Sequence record: MN871445.1
DNA length: 64,000 nt
Strand: one strand, 5' to 3'
Positions within the stretch are counted from its first letter, which is position 1. The number at the start of each line of letters is the position of its first letter. A program made the translations under genes and the position numbers. This document shows positions 1 to 8,284 of this stretch, one piece after another. The notes beneath the pieces are model-generated. The model saw only the letters and a program-made list of their open reading frames with translations. It had not been told where the DNA came from and searched no databases.

Positions 1-906
1 CCCAGCGTCATCTTCTATGAAAAATTTGTCTTTTGACCCAATGACTATCGGGTTAATTATTCTTAGATTGCTGACATACGAGCAGTTAATCCCAATCCCA
101 AATGGGTTAGTGTAATTAATATTATTTAACCTTGGACGCTCTAATACGATATTTTCTAGTACGGTGGCTTTTCCACACACGGCGGTATCCGTAACTAAGA
201 ACGAATATTCCAACACCCTGTCCAGGGAATAAATATAATTACTGCCGGATACATCCCTTTTAGCAACTTTACGGAGTTGAGCTTGTTTAACTCCCTGATT
301 ATTTGCGCCCGGGACTAGTTTCTCAGATCTAATTTCGACCCAATCACCTACAGAAAACACGTCGGTAGTCAGTGTTATTTGATATCCCCCAGCCAAGGAG
401 TCCACTGCCAGACTATACCAGGTTGACGGGGCGGCACCGGCTAAGGTAAATCCTTGAACCAATGTAGCTGGAGCGTCAACTTCCCCCAACCCAGTAAAAG
501 TAATATAAGAATTGCTTTTAACGGATAAGGTTCCTGTCGGGGTGATCGCGGCATTAAAATGTATGTTGGTAAGTCCGGAAGCCAGGTATGTATTTATAGT
601 TGTGGATGTAGAAAATAATGAACTGTTGGCCGTCAGCTCTTTAACTAATTTCCATCGTTTTCCAAGGGTCGTAATTAAACAAGTAGTGGAATCATCTTGA
701 GTCTGAGTATCGGTTAAATCCGCTCGATATAAATATTTATTAAATAGCCACACTGCTTCACCATCAGTGGTTGGTTCTCTAGTTCTCAGAGTAGTAATAT
801 CAGCTATTTGTGGTATTTTATTATTTAGCGATATTTGTAAATTGCTACCGTCTGATGTCCCTATCAGACTCGCCCCTTTACCCATTTCACTTGAACCCAG
901 GTTTGA
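1..906 (-). CDS. Silent tailspike cassette A (headless, runs off the left edge; not in ORF track)
   Basis: Manual translation of the - strand from 906 is open to base 1: SNLGSSEMGKGASLIGTSDGSNLQISLNNKIPQIADITTLRTREPTTDGEAVWLFNKYLYRADLTDTQTQDDSTTCLITTLGKRWKLVK...FSVGDWVEIRSE...; in-frame TAA ~45 nt upstream and no start codon before the recombination site. Confidence 0.85.
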
Positions 907-912
907 AAGAAG
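835..912 (-). repeat. 78-bp inverted repeat copy of 6704-6781 (1 mismatch), containing site A
   Basis: Reverse complement CTTCTTTCAAACCTGGGTTCAAGTGAAATGGGTAA(A/C)GGGGCGAGTCTGATAGGGACATCAGACGGTAGCAATTTACAA matches 6704-6781. Confidence 0.95.
886..911 (-). other. Invertase recombination site A (hix/gix-like, 26 bp)
   Basis: Reverse complement TTCTTTCAAACC-TG-GGTTCAAGTGAA, identical to site C; AACC-NN-GGTT core as in hix/gix. Confidence 0.88.
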
Positions 913-929
913 CTCGATGTATACGGCCC

Positions 930-965
930 ATTTTATGCTGATAAAATTTTATTGAGGGGCCTATT
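930..965 (+). promoter_or_regulatory. Putative late promoter (TATG) and RBS of the 966 gene
   Basis: ATTTTATGC...GAGGGGC.TATTATG, similar in layout to the leader at 6542-6577. Confidence 0.45.
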
Positions 966-3515
966 ATGGCAGCGCTGCCGTCGTTGAAAAAAATATCGGA
1001 TCTGCCGACGTACGTATCCACATCGTCGCCATCCGTGGGAACGCTTTTATACACCGAGTCTGGTGTCGATTATAAACTGCCTGTTACTAAACTGTTGACC
1101 ACCGATAGTCTCAATCCGACACTTAATATCAACTCACCGTTGAACTATACCAGAAATAAAATTACAACCCCCATATCCAAAGCACTACAGGTATTGGATG
1201 TTACTGATGTCAGCATTTGGGAGTATGCTTCATTAATTACCACCAAAGGCAATGTTAATGATTATCAGACTTGGGACTGGACCCCAGCCATCCAGGCTGC
1301 CATTAACTACGTTATCTCATACCAATCCCAAACCGCGGTTAACTCAGGAATGTTTGGCGCTAAGCGTCTTTATATCCCTACCGGCGTATACCCGATTTAT
1401 TCGCAGCTAACCGTTACCAAATATGGTAGTAGTACGGGTAGTTTGGCGACGTCCCTCACTATTGTTGGTGATGGGATGACTTCGTCAATTATTCAACCGA
1501 TGACCGATGGTCAAATCGGTTTGCTGGCGACTAACTGTAAAATAAATGTGGATGGTGTCGGGATGCGTGCCGGGGCAGGTAACCAACAGCACTGGGTTCT
1601 CGGCCTAATCGACACGTGGGTCCCTGTTTTTCATTGCCATTTTAAATGTGTGGGTTCTTCAGGTGCCGCAAAGGGATTGGTACTTAATCTTTGTTTTGAT
1701 AGTACCTTTGAAGATGTGTTTGTTCAAAACATCGCCCCACTTAATTCCGGTGCTAGTGTGTCTTATGGGATTACTATTGAGACTTATACTGGCCCAGCTA
1801 ACGGCGGTACAACTGGCGATGGTAGTGGTGATGATTCCAATCAGTTAGTATTTATTAGGCCTACGGTGGAAACGGCGAACAGTGATAACACCATCATGTT
1901 CAACATCGCAGGTAAAAGCAGTACTTATCCGCATCACGCTATTAACGTCTATGGTGGCCATATTGAAACCCATAACCTTAAAGCGAAATGCTATAACCTG
2001 AAAAATGCTTTCAACGTTACTTTTAATGGTACCGTATTTTCTCAGAACGGTACTTCAGTAGATACGTTCTATCGTTTAGGTTATATTGAAAGTTGCTGGA
2101 ATTTACAATTTGTATCTTGCCGTCAAGTGACATCTAATCGATTGGCGGCTTATGATGCCGTTAACGATACCGTGATGATCAAAGTTACTGGCACTTCGAA
2201 AAACGTTAGATTCCTGAACACGCATTTTATCGGTCCTTATAATGACCTGTCTGCGTATAACCGCGGGATTAGTTGGCTTATCGATTCTACGGAAGCAGAT
2301 AAAACAACCCGCTCTTATATCCTGATTGGGTGTACTGTCGGGGTATATACAAATAAAGACATTACCTCAGAACTTCGGGTCACCGCGACTGACGTTTCCA
2401 GTCGAGAACACATCTTCCGCGTGGATGCATCTGGAAATTTGGTATTAGCCTATTCCAGTGATTCAACCGACACCACAGTACCGACCGATATCTTTGATAT
2501 CTCTAACGGCGGCGTCCTGCACACGAAAGATAACGTTTTGATTGGCTACAAAAACACGGCATCTGCAACGAGAACCCTCGGCTTTTACACGAATGGTGAT
2601 GGCGCTACCGTGATGGGTTCTATGGCGGTAGACAACGCGGGAAGGATGTACTTAACCGCGATGAGTGGGAGTAACCAATGGGTTCTTAACAGTACTGGTT
2701 TACAGCCGACCACTACGGCAACGCTTAACTTGGGTGCCTCAACGGCCACGTTAGCCGCGTCGTACGTTGTAAAAAGAATGTACACGGCAACTGTTGGTGA
2801 TTTTTATGGGTCAGGAAGTCCCGAGGGTGTGGTTAGTGCAGGGATTGGTTCGACATATCGTCGTACTGATGGCACGGTAAACACCTCGTTTTATGTGAAG
2901 GAATCTGGAACAGGTACTACGGGTTGGGTATCCACTGGTTCAGTCAGGCCATATGTTTCTGGCATGTTTGTGAGTCCAGGGAATCTGGTGTTGTCTGGAA
3001 ACTACATATTTAAATATCTGGGTACTGCTGCAGATATTACCGTCGCTCCAGTACCTGGAACACTGTGGAGTATGTTGACTCCGGGGGCTTCAGTAAAAAT
3101 AAAAGCCACGACAACTCAAACCACCACAACAGGAACCAATACAGCCCTAACTTGGGCATCCGCTACCACGGAGTATAATAGTAGCAGTATTTATACGATT
3201 GCTACTGCCGGGATTACCGTTCCAGTGGCCGGGATATATCGCATCGCCGGTAGGGTTGCTTTTGCTTCCAACAACACAGGTACCCGATCGGCCGGGGTAT
3301 TTATTAACGGCTCCTATTACGCGGGGTCTCAGGCTAGATTCGTTGCCAAATCCGGCGGGTATGCAACTACCGCTGATTACAATGATACCATGTCATTGGC
3401 GGCGGGAACAATCATCACGCTATCTGGATTCCAGGATTCTGGTGGGAACTTAGATACTGTTGCAACAGCCCCAGATGTATCTTTCCTGATAGTCAGTTTG
3501 GTAAGCTACGTTTAA
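966..3515 (+). CDS. Tailspike / depolymerase-like receptor-binding protein
   Basis: KKISDLPTY anchor motif, WTPAIQAAI...LYIPTGVY beta-helix cap, GSPEGVVSA...YVKESGTGTTGW motif, C1q-like C-terminal extension. Confidence 0.85.
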   Translation: MAALPSLKKISDLPTYVSTSSPSVGTLLYTESGVDYKLPVTKLLTTDSLNPTLNINSPLNYTRNKITTPISKALQVLDVTDVSIWEYASLITTKGNVNDYQTWDWTPAIQAAINYVISYQSQTAVNSGMFGAKRLYIPTGVYPIYSQLTVTKYGSSTGSLATSLTIVGDGMTSSIIQPMTDGQIGLLATNCKINVDGVGMRAGAGNQQHWVLGLIDTWVPVFHCHFKCVGSSGAAKGLVLNLCFDSTFEDVFVQNIAPLNSGASVSYGITIETYTGPANGGTTGDGSGDDSNQLVFIRPTVETANSDNTIMFNIAGKSSTYPHHAINVYGGHIETHNLKAKCYNLKNAFNVTFNGTVFSQNGTSVDTFYRLGYIESCWNLQFVSCRQVTSNRLAAYDAVNDTVMIKVTGTSKNVRFLNTHFIGPYNDLSAYNRGISWLIDSTEADKTTRSYILIGCTVGVYTNKDITSELRVTATDVSSREHIFRVDASGNLVLAYSSDSTDTTVPTDIFDISNGGVLHTKDNVLIGYKNTASATRTLGFYTNGDGATVMGSMAVDNAGRMYLTAMSGSNQWVLNSTGLQPTTTATLNLGASTATLAASYVVKRMYTATVGDFYGSGSPEGVVSAGIGSTYRRTDGTVNTSFYVKESGTGTTGWVSTGSVRPYVSGMFVSPGNLVLSGNYIFKYLGTAADITVAPVPGTLWSMLTPGASVKIKATTTQTTTTGTNTALTWASATTEYNSSSIYTIATAGITVPVAGIYRIAGRVAFASNNTGTRSAGVFINGSYYAGSQARFVAKSGGYATTADYNDTMSLAAGTIITLSGFQDSGGNLDTVATAPDVSFLIVSLVSYV

Positions 3516-3524
3516 GGAGTTACC

Positions 3525-4043
3525 ATGCCAGCAAGTATGTATGTAGTGGATACGTCCCTACCCTCTGTTGATTTGGTCTACGGGCTTATCAACAACGATA
3601 ACAACACAGTTTACAGTAAATCAACACTCAACCTGGCTACGCCAGAAACAAATACCAATCCCGCGATTGATCGTAATAGTAAAATCCTGGCTTCGAACAT
3701 CAAATACAGTAACAACACGCTGATGCTGTATTACGATAGATTGGATATTGCTGATGTATTGCGCATGGAGTTACCCATCATTTTGTCGAATGTAACTGAA
3801 ACCACGGTAGACCAAATGATGTGGTTTTTTAACTCCACGTACAAGATGGGATTGACCAAAGCTGAAATTAGTGCGTCGGCGGTTGATTTAACCGGCAACA
3901 CCACTACGTGGGCAATTGCGGATAATTCAATGGCGTGGGTGGGAAATCTACCATTAACCATTTTACCATCTGGGTACGGTCTTTTGATTGATGAAACAAA
4001 CAATCAATTGTTGGATGAGGATGGGTCATATTTGATTTTATAA
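3525..4043 (+). CDS. Virion structural/adaptor protein (paralog of 12190)
   Basis: LVYGLINNDN, YYDRLD, SMAWVGNLP and C-terminal LLDEDGSYLIL shared with 12190..12711. Confidence 0.7.
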   Translation: MPASMYVVDTSLPSVDLVYGLINNDNNTVYSKSTLNLATPETNTNPAIDRNSKILASNIKYSNNTLMLYYDRLDIADVLRMELPIILSNVTETTVDQMMWFFNSTYKMGLTKAEISASAVDLTGNTTTWAIADNSMAWVGNLPLTILPSGYGLLIDETNNQLLDEDGSYLIL

Positions 4044-4056
4044 ATAGGGCATAAAA

Positions 4057-4076
4057 GGGAGGGCGAAAGCCCTCCC
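4057..4076. terminator. Hairpin between convergent genes
   Basis: GGGAGGGC-GAAA-GCCCTCCC; TTTTATGCC follows on the - strand. Confidence 0.8.
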
Positions 4077-4109
4077 GATATGTTGTCTAGTAGAAAACAG
4101 GTATAAAAA

Positions 4110-5924
4110 TTAAAATATCCAACATCCCCGAGCAGAATTCCACATAAATTCATATATCCCGACATCGGTGATGGAAACCGAAGTTAATCCACTCCCACCA
4201 GGACCGTAAATGGTTTGTGCATTAGAGGTTTGTATGGTATACGTCGGGGCCGCCAATACTTTTTTAACTCGAATCATAAAGCCACTAGACAAACCACTGG
4301 CGTCTGGCAGCGTAAAAGTACTGGCTGAGGAAGCAACGGAATAATACAAATTACTTAATCCAGTTGTGGGGAAAGTATACCCCGAAGTAATTTCAGTGTA
4401 TGTGATATTGACCCCGGACAAATAATTCAAATATAATTTACCGGTACCCCACGTGAGCATTGGTAATGGATCTGCAGTACCACCACCGCCATAAATGCCA
4501 TTAGGGGTAATATTTAATCTGGCATAATTTTCACTAGTATATTTTACACTGTATCTAACTTGAGTAGTGGATGTTGCGGCTTGTTGAATTGGCTGTATAG
4601 CATCTAAATATCTGACCTCATTAAAGGTATAATTACTCCTATTTGGGTTAGAAGTTATCGCCACTGCCGCACTATCGCCCAATGAACCAGTAGCTACCGA
4701 GGAGGTGAATATGTCTTTTTCACCATCCCAAATGGTAGTCGATCCGGATTGGAACGCCATGCAATAGGCTACTCTAGTATAATTGCTATCGGAGGAATAG
4801 TTAAAATGGCTGTTTGAAGTGACTATCTTCCTAATAGACGCGGTTAATTTAATATTCGCATAGGCGTCGGTAAGCAATGTATCCGCGCTAGACCGCCAAC
4901 CATTGGCAAAAAACGTGGTTGCTAAAATTTCATGTATTTCAGACCCTCCTGGGGTATTAAACAGAATACCATTTTTACCGCAGGAATTTACATGATTACG
5001 CACCATTGAAGTTATTGTCGCTGTAGGACCAAATACGATACCATTTTCCCTACCTTCATAAGACTCAGAATTAATCATTCTGAAACTACCGCAATTGGCG
5101 TAGATATTATCTTCATTACTTCTACCAATCGATGAACTAAATAACATCCAGTCCACGGCGCTTTCCAAATACAGGCATGATTTCCAACACCACAAAACAC
5201 TACTATAATTTAAAAATCCCATGTTTCTTTTAACGCCGGCATATACCCCATAACCAGAAAAATTAGATATTGTCGAATTTATAAATTGTAGGGATGTGGC
5301 GTATTGGCTTGCGGCGGTTAGATAAATACAATTCAATTGTCCCGTCGTGGGGGGTGTTGGACTATATATTGAACCGGTAGTAGTCCAGTCCCCGACTAAT
5401 CGACAGCCATCAAAAGTAGGTGATGCTGCCGCCGACACGGTGAACATATTCCCAACAGTGCCGGGGTAGGGCTTGATATAACTTTCTGAACGCTTACCGG
5501 CCCCTTCAAAATAAACACTACTAGTAATATTAAGATTACCCACTAAATAAGTAGTGTCCTGTTTTAATACTATTTTTCCGGTTCCAGCGGCATTAATTGC
5601 ATTTTGAAAAGGTATGGTATCATCGGATACGCCATCGCACTTCACGCCAAACCAATCCGGATTTATCTTAACTACATTCGAACGTTTCCATCGTTTACCC
5701 CCAACAGTGACTATTACGGTTCCACCATTGTCAGTAGAAGTCGTATCCGCAGCATCATAATAAAATTCACCGCCGCCAACTGGGGCGATAGTAATAGCCC
5801 ATCCCGGGTAATATGCGACAACCTCAATTTTTTGTCCGGAGGTGGTCGGCTCTATCGTCCGTAAGGTTGAAATATCGGAACACCGACCAATATATTTATA
5901 TCCATCACTTGAACCCAGGTTTGA
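4110..5924 (-). CDS. Silent tailspike cassette B (pectate-lyase-like beta-helix), lacking its own N-terminus
   Basis: Begins at site B with SNLGSSDGYKYIG; DNGGTVIVTVGGKRWKR and WFGVKCDGVSDDTIPFQNAINAA motifs; the called TTG start has no RBS. Confidence 0.85.
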   Translation of the reverse strand, partial: SNLGSSDGYKYIGRCSDISTLRTIEPTTSGQKIEVVAYYPGWAITIAPVGGGEFYYDAADTTSTDNGGTVIVTVGGKRWKRSNVVKINPDWFGVKCDGVSDDTIPFQNAINAAGTGKIVLKQDTTYLVGNLNITSSVYFEGAGKRSESYIKPYPGTVGNMFTVSAAASPTFDGCRLVGDWTTTGSIYSPTPPTTGQLNCIYLTAASQYATSLQFINSTISNFSGYGVYAGVKRNMGFLNYSSVLWCWKSCLYLESAVDWMLFSSSIGRSNEDNIYANCGSFRMINSESYEGRENGIVFGPTATITSMVRNHVNSCGKNGILFNTPGGSEIHEILATTFFANGWRSSADTLLTDAYANIKLTASIRKIVTSNSHFNYSSDSNYTRVAYCMAFQSGSTTIWDGEKDIFTSSVATGSLGDSAAVAITSNPNRSNYTFNEVRYLDAIQPIQQAATSTTQVRYSVKYTSENYARLNITPNGIYGGGGTADPLPMLTWGTGKLYLNYLSGVNITYTEITSGYTFPTTGLSNLYYSVASSASTFTLPDASGLSSGFMIRVKKVLAAPTYTIQTSNAQTIYGPGGSGLTSVSITDVGIYEFMWNSARGCWIF

Positions 5925-5929
5925 GGGAA
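5904..5929 (-). other. Invertase recombination site B
   Basis: Reverse complement TTCCCTCAAACC-TG-GGTTCAAGTGAT, 23/26 identical to site C. Confidence 0.88.
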
Positions 5930-5962
5930 TATATGTCGACACCAACCCTCAAGGACATAAAA

Positions 5963-6514
5963 ATGATCTACGGTTATGCCCGAGTTTCTACTCAACATCA
6001 GGATACTACACTACAACTTATTGCGCTTCAGGCAGCTGGCTGCGATGAAATTCGCGAAGAAAAAGCGTCTGGTAGAAGTAGAAACAGGCCCGTATTGAAG
6101 AAACTGCTAACCGATCTTCAATCCGGCGATGAATTAGTATTGTGGAAAATAGACAGGATGGGTAGGAATGTATTACATGCCTTAACCTGGTTGGCTGAGC
6201 TGCAAGATAAGAATGTAAACCTCAGGTCGATCACCGATGCCATCGATATGCGCACTGCTTCTGGCCGTTATAGTTTTCGCAATATTTTGAATGCCGCACA
6301 GTACGAATCGGACGTAAATAGCGAAAGAACCTTGGCTGGACTAGCTGCAGCCAGAGCACAAGGTAGGGTGGGTGGAAGAAAACCAACAATGACCGAACCC
6401 GTTTTGGAGAAAGCACGGGATTTGATAAATGCTGGAAACAATTACCGCGAAGTAGCTGAAGCCATCGGAGTGACCACAAAAACGATATACAAATATTTTC
6501 CAGTCAATTCATAA
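5963..6514 (+). CDS. Serine recombinase, Hin/Gin/Pin DNA-invertase family (183 aa)
   Basis: MIYGYARVST (catalytic Ser9), WKIDRMGR, ERTLAGLAAARAQGRVGGR, C-terminal HTH; AAGGA RBS at 5951; the upstream ORF-track extension is spurious. Confidence 0.95.
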   Translation: MIYGYARVSTQHQDTTLQLIALQAAGCDEIREEKASGRSRNRPVLKKLLTDLQSGDELVLWKIDRMGRNVLHALTWLAELQDKNVNLRSITDAIDMRTASGRYSFRNILNAAQYESDVNSERTLAGLAAARAQGRVGGRKPTMTEPVLEKARDLINAGNNYREVAEAIGVTTKTIYKYFPVNS

Positions 6515-6520
6515 TTTTTG

Positions 6521-6543
6521 ATGAGGCGGCTTGGCCGCCTCAT
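6521..6543 (+). terminator. Hairpin after invertase gene
   Basis: ATGAGGCGGC-TTG-GCCGCCTCAT followed by TTTATGC. Confidence 0.75.
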
Positions 6544-6577
6544 TTTATGCTTATCATTTTTTACAAGAGGGGCTATC
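6542..6577 (+). promoter_or_regulatory. Putative late promoter (TATG) and RBS of the constant tailspike head
   Basis: ATTTTATGC...AGAGGGGCTATCATG; TATG is the phiKZ late-promoter consensus. Confidence 0.45.
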
Positions 6578-8269
6578 ATGGCCAACAGAGCGATTACGAA
6601 GAAAATTAGTGCTTTGCCGACCTACGCACTGAACAACAATAACGGCAATTTACTGTATAGTGAGGGGGGTGCAAATTACCAATTTCCGTTGAGTAATATT
6701 GCCCTTCTTTCAAACCTGGGTTCAAGTGAAATGGGTAACGGGGCGAGTCTGATAGGGACATCAGACGGTAGCAATTTACAACAAATTGCAACAGTAGTAA
6801 GTGACCAACTTATAACCAACCCACAAATTGTTGCTGGCGACAACATGTCCGTTTTAGACCGAATCAAAGTCAAAGGTCAGTATGACATCAACCCGGCACC
6901 TCAGGAACCCCAAGCTGCAGTAGGTATTACTTTTGGAGGGCAGAATAATACCGGAACCATTATGTTAAATAGTCGAGGTGGAATTCAAACCTCGGTCACA
7001 GTAGATGGTTTAACTACAGCGAAAGGATTACACTACCCCTATTCGGAAGGAATGGGTTATTGGCATGGGGCCTATCAAGATACCTTAGTAAAATTCCCTA
7101 TAGACGGGATGGCCGATGATAATATCACATACGGTATATTGTTCTCACATGACGAAAAAACCAACACTCCCAGGATGTTTGCGGTATCTCCACAGTTAAC
7201 AGAACGGGTTAACTATACAGATCCAGGTAGATATCGCTGGGGCGGCGCAAACTTTACAGCAGTCCGTGAATTGGCCCAGCTCGATGCAATTGGTAGAAGT
7301 TCAGCCAATTCATACGACACTTGGTTCACATTGGATAGTTCCAATCCCAATTATATTAATTTCGTATCTTTAACAAATCCAAATTCTGTTACTGGTGGTA
7401 ATTTTTCATGTATTTTCAGTATAGGCAATTATAGTGCTGATAAAGTTACAACCTACATACTGGACGTAACAATTCCATCGGCGATTACCGCATTAACTCA
7501 ATATGACGTTAATAAATACATTAGATTTACGGGGATTGGTGGAGGTTCACTATATCACTATACGGACGCTACTTCTCAAACAAAACCTCGGATTGGTTTT
7601 GTTCAAAACACCACCACCGGGGTACTTGATTTTTATATTCAGGTACCAGCACACGCAACCTATTTTGGTTGTAAATGCTTAAATTCAGGCAATCCTGCTT
7701 TATTTGACTGGAGATGGAGAAATTACACCGGGGGTACGCAATTATCGGGTCTTGCCGGTAGTCCTCCTGCAGGTGTTGTTTGGGGGAACACGGCATATAC
7801 TGGAAGTAATTATCGAACAGTGATGTTAAATGACGGTAGTTTATTTTCAGTACCTGAGGGCTATGCTGTCTTGAGATGTCACATCAATGGCCCAGCCGGG
7901 GTGATTAACGCCGCGCCATTTAAAGCATATGTGTCATCATTTTGTTATGCGACTAATTTCGACAGTAAAATAGCCAATGTGACTTGCGCCATACCTAGTT
8001 TAAACTGGTATATCACCGGAGCAGATCTAGCCACAGATATGCCTTGGCAGATTAGACTCCCCCACGATCTAACTGATGTCGAATCGTACCGATGTGTTGT
8101 GTCTAGTACTGATACAACAAATCACACATTTATGTTTGCTGTCAAAAAAGTGAATACTTCCGGCACGTTAGATTCCAGTAATAACGTAATTTTGACCAAG
8201 TCCCTAAGTACTAGTCCAGTACAAATAAGTAGTGTATCGTGGATTGATGTACTGGTTAAACTACCATAA
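6578..8269 (+). CDS. Currently assembled switchable receptor-binding protein: constant head (aa 1-46) plus cassette C (563 aa)
   Basis: MANRAITKKISALPTY anchor; site C at codons 43-51; GASLIG neck; GAGG RBS before ATG 6578. Confidence 0.85.
   Translation: MANRAITKKISALPTYALNNNNGNLLYSEGGANYQFPLSNIALLSNLGSSEMGNGASLIGTSDGSNLQQIATVVSDQLITNPQIVAGDNMSVLDRIKVKGQYDINPAPQEPQAAVGITFGGQNNTGTIMLNSRGGIQTSVTVDGLTTAKGLHYPYSEGMGYWHGAYQDTLVKFPIDGMADDNITYGILFSHDEKTNTPRMFAVSPQLTERVNYTDPGRYRWGGANFTAVRELAQLDAIGRSSANSYDTWFTLDSSNPNYINFVSLTNPNSVTGGNFSCIFSIGNYSADKVTTYILDVTIPSAITALTQYDVNKYIRFTGIGGGSLYHYTDATSQTKPRIGFVQNTTTGVLDFYIQVPAHATYFGCKCLNSGNPALFDWRWRNYTGGTQLSGLAGSPPAGVVWGNTAYTGSNYRTVMLNDGSLFSVPEGYAVLRCHINGPAGVINAAPFKAYVSSFCYATNFDSKIANVTCAIPSLNWYITGADLATDMPWQIRLPHDLTDVESYRCVVSSTDTTNHTFMFAVKKVNTSGTLDSSNNVILTKSLSTSPVQISSVSWIDVLVKLP
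6705..6730 (+). other. Invertase recombination site C (inverted relative to A and B)
   Basis: TTCTTTCAAACC-TG-GGTTCAAGTGAA, read in frame as S-N-L-G-S-S. Confidence 0.9.
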
Positions 8270-8284
8270 GTCGTAGGTGAGAAC

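Noticed and set aside
767-955. Short ORFs sharing the peptide LEPRFE (767..955 +, 5842..6048 +, 6676..6873 -)
   Set aside because: They are antisense readings of the recombination-site repeat, not genes. Useful only as a pointer to the repeat.
5813-5962. N-terminal extension of the recombinase ORF (233 aa call)
   Set aside because: It crosses site B and is antisense to cassette B; family alignment and RBS place the start at 5963.
5813-6514. Recombinase as part of a Tn3-like transposon or prophage integrase
   Set aside because: No transposase, terminal inverted repeats or multi-subsite res region; small Hin-type protein flanked by in-frame hix-like sites.
6518-6577. Called start of the 583-aa ORF
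   Set aside because: Lies in the terminator hairpin; RBS and paralog N-termini support ATG 6578.
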